64,000 nt of DNA from Candidatus Hydrogenedentota bacterium (GCA_045863335.1 BTVY01000008.1:32001-96000), one strand, 5' to 3'. Positions 26,625 through 36,365 are shown, counted from the first letter of the stretch. Program-made: numbers and translations. The notes: a model not told the origin generated them from the letters alone.

Positions 26625-29600
26625 CTACTTGCTACTCCCCGATGATGCGGGCTTTCTCGCTCCAACAATACCCCCACCAATTTTAAGCAGATCGACCAGT
26701 ATTTTTCTAGGGGCGTCGATTACGCGAAATGCTTCGTTCGCCGCTTCCAGGGCTCCGCTCACCAACGTTACGTGTACGGGGGGCGTTTCCGCAAGGGAAC
26801 TCACGGGTTTGAACGTAGGCCCGGAAAGCGTAAAGGCCAGTTCGATATCCTGCTGTGCCAGACGATGCCCCTGCACGTTGAAGTTCTCCGCGAGCAGGGG
26901 AATGCGTTCCGCCGCGTCGGGCGTAACGGCAATCTGAATACCGTAGTTCATATCGCCGTCGGTGACGAATTGCCCACTCGCCTGCATGCGCATCGCGTCC
27001 GAGGTCAGTTCGATACGTGGCGTTCGCACCACATCTTTCTCGAACTCCACATCGGCTTCAAGCGACGAAAACTTCAACGAAGGCGGGAGGGAAGAGACCT
27101 CGGAAGATTCCATCTGCTGCTCCAACATGGCCAGCAGGTAGTCGGCACTGAACTGCCCTTCGCCCATCGTGAAGTACCCTTTGCCTTGCAAGGTTCCGGG
27201 ATCGTCGCGATCCTGGGAGTAGGCGATCTTGCCGGACATGTTTCCCCGGAACACGTGGGGCAGGTCCAGCGTATCCATCATGTACGCCGCCGGGATGCCT
27301 TCCCAACTCGCTTCCGACTCGAACGAATTCTGCTTCCGATGGCTTATGTAGGACCCGCTGACGCGGCCCTCGTCAACCACGGCTTCGTAATGGCGCAGCC
27401 CGACTTCGGTCAGCGTGGCGAACCCTTCGCCGTTGAAGTTCGTGCCACGCCACGGCGGGACCGTTAACTGCTCCGCTGCGATCCGGTACGTCCAGCGCCG
27501 ATCCACGGGGGGATACTTCTCGAAATCCCGCTCGAGCGGCGCGAACCACGTTCCACCCCGTATGGGAGGAGTCTCGCCGGATTCCACGTGAATCGTCAAT
27601 TCTCCGGTCTCTTCTGACCCGCTGGCCATCCCGCCTTCGAGACGGACGCCTTTCAGCGCGATAGGAACTTCGCTCGTGTCTGCCTGAAGCGAGATCCGAT
27701 CGATGTCGCAGGTGAACCGGGAACGCCAGCCATCGGGGCTGGCTTCATCCCGCTCCCAGACGTAAGTGCCGTTCGACCCTTTTCCTCCCGTAATGGTGTA
27801 AGGGAGCGGGAGGCATTTGCCTACGGACACCACGTCCACGGACTCCGACCGCGCCTCCGCCTGTTTCAGGCGCCATTTCGCGCCGTCATGATACAGGCTC
27901 GTCGTGCCCGCGAGTTCTGTTCCCGCGATGAGGCCTTGGATCGTGCATTCGACGGACCGGCGAGGAGTGAACGTGCCCGTAACTTGCCCGTTGGCGCCGA
28001 TACCGACGGGCTTGAGAAACCACCAGCGATACCCGATCTCCGTCTGAGTCGCGTCGATATCCGCCTCGAACTCGACTTTCTTTTCGGTGAACTTCACTTT
28101 CGCGTTAATCACGCCGCTTCCCGCGAGTTCCGCGTTGCGAATGGTGCTGGCAAGTTTCGAGTCCTCGATGGCGGTCAACGACCCGGCGACCGTGGCGCTT
28201 CCTGTCTTCGTGTCGAGGTCGTAGCTCCCGGTTAACATCATGGGCTGCCCCATGAACGTGGCATTGAGCGGGTTGACTTGGACCGCGCCCGCTTCAAGCG
28301 TCACCCGCCCGGCCAGCCCCGTTGCCTCCAGCCCCGTGGTCTTGTGCACGATTTTGCCGTCGAGCACAGGGATCGTTCCGCTGGGCTGTTTACTTTCGGA
28401 GTCCCACGCCACCTCAAATCGGCCCAACCGAAGCTCGCCCCCCGGATAGGTTGAATTGGCAGGCCGGAACGTCATCGCCCCGCCTTGCGCAGCGGCCACC
28501 GTCCGGATGACGGGGTTCTCGGTTGTGCCCGTGAGGGTCAACATGCACTCTTCCAGTTCATCGACGGTGTACTCGATTTCGCCAAACTGCTCCAGGCGAT
28601 CTGCCAAAACGGAACTCAGGATTTCGCGTACGGGCAATCGGGAAGATGTGAATGTCAGGTCCAGCACGGGCACCTCATTGCTGAATGCAACGGAGCCACT
28701 GAGGTTTCCTGCCAACGTTTCGGTATCCGCGCTGGCCATACTCAACCGCAGCGTGCGGGTATCCGGGTGGTACGTCCCGTAGGCACTCAGCGCCCCTGTC
28801 ACAGGGGGCAGATAATCGGGCTGGTCGCGCACTTGAAGGTCTTCGAACAATGACTCCAGAGACAGGGAGATCGAGCCATTCTCGTTGCCGGCGAGCCGGG
28901 CAATTGGCGCCGCCGAGCCGGTCCGTACAATGCGCTGGCTGGCGGGCAGGAACACATTCACGTCCTCGGCGGATATCTCATCGCACTGAATCCGCAAGTC
29001 AAAGCTCGTTGCCGACGAGTACTGAACGTCGATGTTGAAGCCCTTGTCCTCGTCGCCGGCCAGATCCCCGTCGATCGTGCCGGTCACCGACGACGACCCG
29101 GTGAGCCTCGCGATGTCGAGATTCAGCGAAGTCAGCTCAAGTCGGGTATCGCGGACTACGTTTTCCACGACGAGGGTACACCCCGAACCGGTCAGTCGAA
29201 AGGGGATTCTTGAACCGGCACGTTCGCTGCCAGACGGTACGTCTGGCGAGAACCAGGGATTGTCCGGGTCTCTACGAACACGAAACGCCGCACCGTCCAA
29301 CCGGATATGCTCGACCGAGATATCACCCGCCAGAAGGTCCAGCAGATCGATGTAGACGACCGCTTCGGGTGCGGTCACGTGGAATTCGCCGTACGAAGCC
29401 GTCGGATATCGCAGTTCAACCCCCTCCGCCCGAAGCCCGCGCAGTCCGAACGCAGTGACCTCTTCGACTTCCAGGTGGGCACCCGTACGGGTGCGAGCCG
29501 TTTCCAGAAGAACACCCCGCAACCCCTCAAGACGGTATTTGGCATACAGGGCGCCACCGGCCACGACCGCAGTCAAGACCAGCAGACCCACTAACCACAG

Positions 29601-29639
29601 TCGGGAATAGCGGGACGTCGCGACGTTCGACTCGTCCAT
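26625..29639 (-). CDS. AsmA-like (YhdP/TamB-type) periplasmic protein
   Basis: N-terminal TM anchor, long beta-taco-like repeats, C-terminal LSGPTFKP AsmA_2-like end. Confidence 0.7.
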   Translation of the reverse strand: MDESNVATSRYSRLWLVGLLVLTAVVAGGALYAKYRLEGLRGVLLETARTRTGAHLEVEEVTAFGLRGLRAEGVELRYPTASYGEFHVTAPEAVVYIDLLDLLAGDISVEHIRLDGAAFRVRRDPDNPWFSPDVPSGSERAGSRIPFRLTGSGCTLVVENVVRDTRLELTSLNLDIARLTGSSSVTGTIDGDLAGDEDKGFNIDVQYSSATSFDLRIQCDEISAEDVNVFLPASQRIVRTGSAAPIARLAGNENGSISLSLESLFEDLQVRDQPDYLPPVTGALSAYGTYHPDTRTLRLSMASADTETLAGNLSGSVAFSNEVPVLDLTFTSSRLPVREILSSVLADRLEQFGEIEYTVDELEECMLTLTGTTENPVIRTVAAAQGGAMTFRPANSTYPGGELRLGRFEVAWDSESKQPSGTIPVLDGKIVHKTTGLEATGLAGRVTLEAGAVQVNPLNATFMGQPMMLTGSYDLDTKTGSATVAGSLTAIEDSKLASTIRNAELAGSGVINAKVKFTEKKVEFEADIDATQTEIGYRWWFLKPVGIGANGQVTGTFTPRRSVECTIQGLIAGTELAGTTSLYHDGAKWRLKQAEARSESVDVVSVGKCLPLPYTITGGKGSNGTYVWERDEASPDGWRSRFTCDIDRISLQADTSEVPIALKGVRLEGGMASGSEETGELTIHVESGETPPIRGGTWFAPLERDFEKYPPVDRRWTYRIAAEQLTVPPWRGTNFNGEGFATLTEVGLRHYEAVVDEGRVSGSYISHRKQNSFESEASWEGIPAAYMMDTLDLPHVFRGNMSGKIAYSQDRDDPGTLQGKGYFTMGEGQFSADYLLAMLEQQMESSEVSSLPPSLKFSSLEADVEFEKDVVRTPRIELTSDAMRMQASGQFVTDGDMNYGIQIAVTPDAAERIPLLAENFNVQGHRLAQQDIELAFTLSGPTFKPVSSLAETPPVHVTLVSGALEAANEAFRVIDAPRKILVDLLKIGGGIVGARKPASSGSSK

Positions 29640-29652
29640 ACTACGCAGGGAA

Positions 29653-30714
29653 TCAACTGCTGGCGTTCGTTTCGGCCGGAACCTCAGCCGCCGGTTCGTC
29701 CGATTCGATCCAATTGAGCCCCTTCTCCTTGATTATTTGCGTTCGGAGCTTCTCGGAGATTTCCGGGTTGTCCCGCAAGAACTGGCGGGTATTTTCACGC
29801 CCTTGGCCCAGATTCTCACCGTTCATGGAGAACCAGGCGCCGCTCTTTTGAATGAGCTTGCTTTCGACGGCCAGGTCCAGCAGGTCTCCCTCCCGGGAAA
29901 TGCCCTCGTTGAACAGTATATCGAATTCCGCCTGGCGGAAGGGAGGACCCATCTTATTCTTCACGACCTTCGCCCGAACCCGGTTACCGACGTCCTGGTC
30001 TCGCTCCTTGATCGTGGCGATTCGGCGCACGTCGATCCGCATACTCGAGTAGAACTTCAGCGCGCGGCCTCCGGTGGTAGTCTCCGGGCTGCCAAACATG
30101 ACCCCAATCTTCTCACGAATCTGATTGATGAAGATGACCAGGGTCTTGGAACGGCTGATCGACGCCGTGAGTTTCCGCAGGGCCTGCGACATCAGGCGGG
30201 CCTGAAGACCTACGTGGGTATCACCCATTTCGCCCTCGACTTCGGCCTTCGGAACCATCGCCGCTACCGAGTCAATGACGATCACATCCACCGCGTTGCT
30301 CCGCACGAGCGTTTCGCAGATCTCCAGGGCCTGCTCCGCCGTATCCGGCTGCGATACCAAGAGGTTATCGATATCGACGCCTAACCGGGTCGCAAAGGTG
30401 GGGTCCAGCGCATGCTCCGCGTCGATAAAACAGGCGATGCCGCCGGCCTTCTGTGCGTTCGCAACCACATGGAGCGCAAGGGTCGTCTTACCGGACGACT
30501 CCGGGCCAAATACCTCGACCACACGGCCGCGCGGCATCCCGCCCACGCCCGTGGCAATATCCAGCGAAAGACTGCCTGTGGATATGGCAGGTGCGCGCCG
30601 ATCAAAATGATCATCTCCAAGTCGTACCAGCGTGCCGCGACCAAACTGCTTCTCGAGTTGTGAAACCGCGATATCCAAGGCCTTGCCCTTCGGATCGGTC
30701 TTCGTGTCAGCCAT
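29653..30714 (-). CDS. recA: Recombinase RecA
   Basis: [44 protein letters not shown]. Confidence 0.99.
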   Translation of the reverse strand: MADTKTDPKGKALDIAVSQLEKQFGRGTLVRLGDDHFDRRAPAISTGSLSLDIATGVGGMPRGRVVEVFGPESSGKTTLALHVVANAQKAGGIACFIDAEHALDPTFATRLGVDIDNLLVSQPDTAEQALEICETLVRSNAVDVIVIDSVAAMVPKAEVEGEMGDTHVGLQARLMSQALRKLTASISRSKTLVIFINQIREKIGVMFGSPETTTGGRALKFYSSMRIDVRRIATIKERDQDVGNRVRAKVVKNKMGPPFRQAEFDILFNEGISREGDLLDLAVESKLIQKSGAWFSMNGENLGQGRENTRQFLRDNPEISEKLRTQIIKEKGLNWIESDEPAAEVPAETNASS

Positions 30715-30734
30715 CGGAGTTCTCCTTCAGAGAT

Positions 30735-30787
30735 ACTGAAAATCTTTTCACTTTCCGTATACTACACACAGCCCCGCGCTCTGTCAA
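30735..30787 (-). promoter_or_regulatory. recA promoter (TTGACA-N17-TAGTAT) with palindromic operator AGTGAAAAGATTTTCAGT
   Basis: -35 at 30782-30787, -10 at 30759-30764, operator at 30735-30752 covering the predicted +1. Confidence 0.7.
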
Positions 30788-31543
30788 GTAGTATTCTCAG
30801 CAGGAAATCGAACCCCTCCATTCTAGTCTCTTCCATGACGAAAGTCCAAGCTATTCGTGGTGACCCCATTCGCAACCATTTGCTCGGCCGATATCTGGAA
30901 CTAAGCCCCACAGTTCCGCAATCACGTCATCGGCGCAGCGTGGGAGGGCGGAAGGGCTTACGCGGGCGCTGGGTCATCATACAAACGAGCTAGTTGATGT
31001 GAAATCCCCTCGCAACGTTTGCGTTTCCTTTGTTTCTCTAATCTATTTGCAAAATATCCGTAATTCGTACTCCAAGCTGAAAAAACTGAATCCATGGGTA
31101 TAGTTCACACGACTAACGTTAAAGAAGACGCAGCCCAATCCTTTCCATGAAAGCCGACGTAATTACATGGCAATATTGGGAAACAAAGATGGGTAATGCA
31201 TGAATTACTTTTTCTCGTTTAGGCCCAATAGTAACATGAATCATAATAAGAATCCTCTTCACATAAGTCGAATGACTGAGAAATACCTAGTCAAATATAC
31301 GCTAACGTAAATAAACTACCTTGTAACTCACTATGGCGCTTATTCATGACCCGGGTCAGTATGCAGGTATTCCTTAAGTACGCCATTTACTGGCGTTAAT
31401 TTATCTGATTGCGCACAGACACTTGAGCGGCGTTCTGGCGTCCCGCCCAGAATTGATGCTGCGTCTGGCCGCCCGAAAAACGGGTCCAGGGACGGCAGTG
31501 GTCCTAGTTCGAGGTAATAGCGGCGATTGCGTGAACGGTCCAA

Positions 31544-31572
31544 TTGACACCGCAATAGGGAGGTGATAAAAT
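31544..31572 (+). promoter_or_regulatory. tRNA promoter TTGACA-N17-TAAAAT
   Basis: Near-consensus elements with extended -10 TG, 16 nt upstream of the tRNA. Confidence 0.75.
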
Positions 31573-31588
31573 ACCGCTTGCCTTACGA

Positions 31589-31664
31589 GCGGGATTAACT
31601 CAGTTGGTAGAGTGCCAGCTTCCCAAGCTGGATGTCGCCGGTTCGAACCCGGTATCCCGCTCCA
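31589..31664 (+). tRNA. tRNA-Gly (anticodon CCC)
   Basis: GCGGGAT acceptor stem, anticodon arm CCAGC-TTCCCAA-GCTGG, GTTCGAA T-loop, encoded CCA, 76 nt. Confidence 0.97.
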
Positions 31665-32194
31665 TTTCTTCATCTACCAATTCTGTTGCTCCGTAGCCGT
31701 CTCCGCCAAGCGGCGCTCGCGACGCCAGACCCTCCGTATCACGTGACGCATTCAAACAAGCGTCCGGCATAACCCGCCATCGTCTGATCGTCCGACCATG
31801 CGCCGCTATCCTGGGGAGTGGAGGAGATCTGTCGTCGGCCTGACCGCGGGACTTCGAGCCAACCAACGAAGCGCGCATCCACCGCGACGGGACGCAGGCA
31901 ACTCGAGTACGCCAACACCAAGCACGTATTCTCGCGTCACTCCGCGTAAATTATCTCGCACACGCAAAATACGCTGCGCGATGCAAATCATCCGGGAAGA
32001 TGAATGCTGCGACTTTTCGCAACGCCCAAACCACTGAAAACCCCATGTAGTTCTATACGCTGAAGACACAAATGAAGTCGACACAGGCCTGTCAAAGAAT
32101 GAGTTAGGCGAGATAGCTCACACTGGACGTCAGGTTTAGATATGACAAGTAGCGCCGTACGGAAAGCCGCAGCCCGCCATTTTGCAGCCTCAAT

Positions 32195-32222
32195 TTTGAA
32201 CATAATATATATTATCGGACGT
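32195..32222 (-). other. dif: dif-like XerC/XerD chromosome dimer resolution site
   Basis: ACGTCCGATAA-TATATA-TTATGTTCAAA: 11-6-11 layout; XerD arm matches E. coli TTATGTTAAAT at 9/11; intergenic. Confidence 0.85.
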
Positions 32223-32355
32223 TATATTGACCAATGACCGCGCAATCGACGGGAGAATCGGGTTGGCCTCTGGCCACTCCCAGGGTCACTTTTCGCCGAC
32301 ATCCCCTTCCGCCAGATCCGGCCCCGCCATCAAGCGAAACTCGGGATGCCGGGAC

Positions 32356-32658
32356 CTACGACTTTCCTTTGATTACGGCGAGTGTTTCTTTGAGGGCCTG
32401 AGCGAGGCGCCCCAAGGCTTGCAGACAATCTTGCTCATCGGCGTCTGCCTCGGACTCGGCGCGGGCTAGTTCAACGGCGAAGGTATATGCTGTCTGGAGC
32501 GCGAAGGCCTGGGTATCGATCCTGGGGCTGGACTCCTCGATTTCCCCGAGGCGCTGGTTGACCCGGCCTACGATGCGGAGCGTCGTGGCTTCGTCTCGAT
32601 AAACGGGAACGGTGACGGTCTTCCCTCCCATCTTGACTTGCAAAGTGGGATTCTTCAT
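32356..32658 (-). CDS. zapA: Cell division protein ZapA family
   Basis: V.MGGK.V.V...VNQRL.EI...ALQTAY..A.EL pattern; conserved position after pheT. Confidence 0.7.
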   Translation of the reverse strand: MKNPTLQVKMGGKTVTVPVYRDEATTLRIVGRVNQRLGEIEESSPRIDTQAFALQTAYTFAVELARAESEADADEQDCLQALGRLAQALKETLAVIKGKS

Positions 32659-32951
32659 GGCCGAAACTCGTTTCGGAGGGATTTCACGCTGCCCAGGAGC
32701 ACCTGAAGGGAATTTCGAAGTTCCTCTACACGCGTCCGGAGGCGCGAATTCTCCTCCTGAAGTCCCGCGATTTCTTCAGCGGATCGAGTTAGTGTCGCCA
32801 ATTCTTTACGTTGACGCCATTGCTCTTTCTGCATTTCTTCGTGGCGCTCGCTGGCGACATCGATTTCTTCGACGGCGGATACCGCAGCCGCCCGGAGCTG
32901 GTCCATCAGGAGCGCAATCTCATCGACCTTCTCCCGAATCGAAGGTTTCAC
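32655..32951 (-). CDS. ZapB-like coiled-coil protein
   Basis: Heptad coiled coil (LQEENSRLRTRVEELRNSL); between pheT and zapA with 4-nt overlaps. Confidence 0.55.
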   Translation of the reverse strand: MKPSIREKVDEIALLMDQLRAAAVSAVEEIDVASERHEEMQKEQWRQRKELATLTRSAEEIAGLQEENSRLRTRVEELRNSLQVLLGSVKSLRNEFRP

Positions 32952-35341
32952 CGCAACTGGGCCTCGAATTTATCCTGCAAGGTGCGCAGGATCTTGTCCC
33001 AACTCTTTTGAGTATCCTTGTCCGTCAATGTCCGATCTGGCGACTGGAATACCAGCCCCAAGGCAAGGCTTTTCTTTCCCTCGGGCACTTGTTTCCCGGT
33101 GTATACATCAAAGATTTCAATGCGTTGCAGGAGCTTGCCGGCGGCGGCCCGAGCCGTCTCCAGCACCTCGCCTGCCGGCACGGCTTCGTCGAGGACCACG
33201 GCCATGTCGCGTAGTGACGGCGGGAAGACGGAGACGGCCTCGAAATGCTCATCCGCGCGGACACATTTCAATAGAGGTTCAAGGGCCATATCCATCACGT
33301 ATACGGGCCGCTCGATGTTGAACCGCGCGGCTACGTCGTCATTGATCTTCCCCAGCGCACCAATCGACTGTTCGTCATACAGTAACGCGGCCGCATGGCC
33401 TGGTTCGAATGTGGCTTGCTCTAGCGATTGGAGGATTAGCGAGACGCCGAAGAAGCTGGCGACTGACTCTCCAATACCCTTCAAATCGTAGAAATCGGCG
33501 GTGCGCGGCTCGGCGCTCCAGTGTCTGCTCCCCCGTCTTCCCGCGAGCGCGATGCACAGACGCGTGGGCTCATCCGGCAACTCTTGGCCCTCAGAAATAT
33601 AGACCTTCGCGATCTCGAACAGGCCGACGGACTCCACCCCGCGTCGCAGGTTTGTCGACACGGTTTGAAGCATGGCCGGGAGAAGGCTTGCGCGCATCCC
33701 GGCGTGATTCTCTGAAAGCGGGTTCTCGAGGAGGATCATCCGGGAGGCTTCCTGCTCCAGGCCCGCCGCCACCGTGTCAGACTGCGAGGCAAAACTGAGG
33801 CTCATCATCTCGCATAGCCCAATTCCAGCGAGGAAGTGCTTCAGCTTCCGCAACGTCTTTTCGGCGGGCGCATAGACTTGTTCCGTCTTTCGCACCCGGG
33901 GTAAGCTGGAAGGTATTGTATCATAGCCATGTAATCTGGCCACTTCTTCGATAAGATCAGCTTCCTGAGTCACATCGTACCGCCACGACGGAATAGAAAC
34001 ATTACATGAATCGACTTGTGATTTCTCAATACCGAAGCCCAACGACTCCAAGTACCTATCCTGCGCATCCGGTTCCACCGCGCCACCCAACAGGGCGTTG
34101 GTTCGGGCGTAACGTAGCGTCACCGTCCGCGCTGGCGCGCGTCCGGGATACTCGTCCAGGACACCTTTCGCGCATTTCGCCCCCGCGAGTTTCTCGATAA
34201 GTGCCGCGGCCCGATCCAGGGCAAAGCGCGCCATCTCCGGATCGGCGCCTCGCTGGAACCGGGTCGAGGACTCGGACTGCAGCCCGAGCGCCTTTGATGT
34301 GCGCCGGACAGATTGCGGCTGGAAGTAGGCGCTTTCCAGGAACAGGGTCGAGGTATCCTCGCCAACTTCCGAGTCGAATCCGCCCATGACACCGGCAACC
34401 GCAACGGGATTTTCCGCGTCGGCGATGACGAGCATGTGTTCTTCGAGAGAACGCACCTGTTCGTCAATTGTTTTGATCGTTTCACCTTGTTTCGCTCGAC
34501 GCACAACAATCTTATTCTGCAATAACTTATGATAGTCGAAGGCGTGAAGCGGATGCCCCGTTTCCAGCATGACATAGTTCGTAATGTCCACGATATTGCT
34601 GATTGCGCGCTGTCCGGCGTGTACAAGCCGCTGCACCATCCACAGCGGAGAAGGTCCAATCTGCACATCGGTGAGTACACGGCCCGTGTATCGCGGGCAA
34701 AGCTCCGTATCTTCGATGGTCACGCTGGAAAGGTCGCCGACGGGTCCCCCAGCTTCCCCGACGTTGGCATCCGGCAAGATCATGCGTGTACCCAGTGAGG
34801 CCGCAAGTTCGCGGGCGACCCCAATCATTCCTGCCCAGTCGCCCCGGTTCGGCGTGACCTCGATTTCCAGGATTACGTCGTCTAGCCCCAACAGCGGGAT
34901 TGCGTCGGCGCCGATTGGCAAGTCTTGGGGTAGAATGAGGAGTCCGTCATGGTCCTGGCCAAGCCCGAGTTCCCGCGCCGAACACATCATCCCTTGGGAC
35001 TCGACTCCGCGCATCTTCCGGCGCCCGATGGCGAATCCGCCGGGGAGGGTGGCGCCGACCACGGCCGTTGGCACCAAGTCCCCCACTTTCATGTTCTTGG
35101 CCCCGCATACGATTTGGAGGGGGTCATCCTTCCCCACGTCGGTCTGGCATACCACCAGCTTATCGGCATCGGGATGGGGCTTTATCTCGAGAATCCGGCC
35201 GACCCAGACCTCGCGCACCTCGGCGCCTGGCCGCTCAATGGACTCAATTTCCAGTCCGAGGAGGGTGAGACGGCGGGCAAGCTCTTCTGGATCCAGGTCG
35301 AATTCGACCAGTTCTTTTAACCAACGATAGGAAATCCGCAT
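32948..35341 (-). CDS. pheT: Phenylalanine--tRNA ligase beta subunit
   Basis: MRISYRWLKE, HPDADKL, VCGAKN, TPNRGD, DLIEEVARLHGY, C-terminal FDX-ACB domain. Confidence 0.97.
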   Translation of the reverse strand: MRISYRWLKELVEFDLDPEELARRLTLLGLEIESIERPGAEVREVWVGRILEIKPHPDADKLVVCQTDVGKDDPLQIVCGAKNMKVGDLVPTAVVGATLPGGFAIGRRKMRGVESQGMMCSARELGLGQDHDGLLILPQDLPIGADAIPLLGLDDVILEIEVTPNRGDWAGMIGVARELAASLGTRMILPDANVGEAGGPVGDLSSVTIEDTELCPRYTGRVLTDVQIGPSPLWMVQRLVHAGQRAISNIVDITNYVMLETGHPLHAFDYHKLLQNKIVVRRAKQGETIKTIDEQVRSLEEHMLVIADAENPVAVAGVMGGFDSEVGEDTSTLFLESAYFQPQSVRRTSKALGLQSESSTRFQRGADPEMARFALDRAAALIEKLAGAKCAKGVLDEYPGRAPARTVTLRYARTNALLGGAVEPDAQDRYLESLGFGIEKSQVDSCNVSIPSWRYDVTQEADLIEEVARLHGYDTIPSSLPRVRKTEQVYAPAEKTLRKLKHFLAGIGLCEMMSLSFASQSDTVAAGLEQEASRMILLENPLSENHAGMRASLLPAMLQTVSTNLRRGVESVGLFEIAKVYISEGQELPDEPTRLCIALAGRRGSRHWSAEPRTADFYDLKGIGESVASFFGVSLILQSLEQATFEPGHAAALLYDEQSIGALGKINDDVAARFNIERPVYVMDMALEPLLKCVRADEHFEAVSVFPPSLRDMAVVLDEAVPAGEVLETARAAAGKLLQRIEIFDVYTGKQVPEGKKSLALGLVFQSPDRTLTDKDTQKSWDKILRTLQDKFEAQLR

Positions 35342-35342
35342 G

Positions 35343-36350
35343 TTAGAACTGCTCCAGGAAGCGTACGTCGTTTTCGTACAAGTAGGTGATGCTGCTGATC
35401 CGGTGGCGGACCATGGCGATGCGGTCGACACCGAGTCCAAAAGCGAATCCCGTATATTTCTCGTAGTCGTAGCCGGCGTGCTTGAACACTGCAGGATGGA
35501 CCATACCGCAGCCCAGGATCTCCATCCAGCGGGACTGCGTGGATCCATCGGGCGCGGTGCTCGTCCACAGGATGTCCAGCTCGGCGGATGGCTCAGTGAA
35601 CGGGAAAAAGTGTGGTCGAAACCTCATCTGCACGTCTTTTCCAAATAGTCGATGGATGAAGTGCATCAACGTGCCCTTGAGGTCGGCGAAGCTGACTCCT
35701 TCGTCCACCAACAGGCCCTCAATCTGGAAGAACATGGGGCTGTGAGTTGCGTCTGCGTCCACACGGTATACCTTGCCCGGTGCGACCACCGCGACCGGCG
35801 GCTTGGCGTTTTCCATAACCCGCATTTGCACTGGAGACGTGTGCGTACGCAATACGACGCCCGGCTTTACGAAAAAGGTATCGTGAAGGTCACGCGCGGG
35901 ATGGTCTGCGGGAGTGTTCAGGCTGTCAAAGTTGTAGTACTCCGTTTCGACCTCCGGTCCGGTGGCCACCTGGAATCCCAATTCGCTGAAGATATCGATG
36001 ATCTCCTCCGTAACTTGGGTGATGACATGAAGATGCCCGGTCGGTGGCCTGCGCCCGGGAAGACTGATGTCGGGACGGTCCCGACGGGCGGTCCCGGCTC
36101 TTTCCTGGACCTTGAATTCGGCGGCGCGGGCTTCGATGGCGTCGTTGAGTTCGACCTTCAATAGGTTTGCGGCCTTGCCTAAGGCGGGCCGATCTTCCGC
36201 AGACGCTTGGCTGACGCTCCGGAGGATGCTGGTGATGGCGCCCTTCCGTCCGAGAAATTGAATGCGCAGTTCCTCGATTCGTTGTGACGAATCGGCTTCC
36301 GCGATTTCGGCGAGCGCTTTGGTTCGGAGTTCTTCCAACTGCAGTTTCAT
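35343..36350 (-). CDS. pheS: Phenylalanine--tRNA ligase alpha subunit
   Basis: HPARDLHDTF, LRTHTSPVQ, FPFTEPS, GFAFGLG. Confidence 0.98.
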   Translation of the reverse strand: MKLQLEELRTKALAEIAEADSSQRIEELRIQFLGRKGAITSILRSVSQASAEDRPALGKAANLLKVELNDAIEARAAEFKVQERAGTARRDRPDISLPGRRPPTGHLHVITQVTEEIIDIFSELGFQVATGPEVETEYYNFDSLNTPADHPARDLHDTFFVKPGVVLRTHTSPVQMRVMENAKPPVAVVAPGKVYRVDADATHSPMFFQIEGLLVDEGVSFADLKGTLMHFIHRLFGKDVQMRFRPHFFPFTEPSAELDILWTSTAPDGSTQSRWMEILGCGMVHPAVFKHAGYDYEKYTGFAFGLGVDRIAMVRHRISSITYLYENDVRFLEQF

Positions 36351-36365
36351 GTAGATTTTTCCTGA

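Noticed and set aside
31665-32194. Integrated element or prophage at tRNA-Gly or dif
   Set aside because: No integrase, no duplicated tRNA 3' end and no second dif copy were seen in the window.
30790-32355. oriC call based on the skew switch and AT-rich tract
   Set aside because: No DnaA-box cluster or dnaA/dnaN/gyr/parAB genes were seen, and a dif site is present. It is kept only as an alternative hypothesis in the findings.
35342-35548. N-terminal extension of pheT in the 866-aa ORF call
   Set aside because: It overlaps pheS in another frame; the real PheT starts at MRISYRWL (ATG 35341), 1 nt after the pheS stop.
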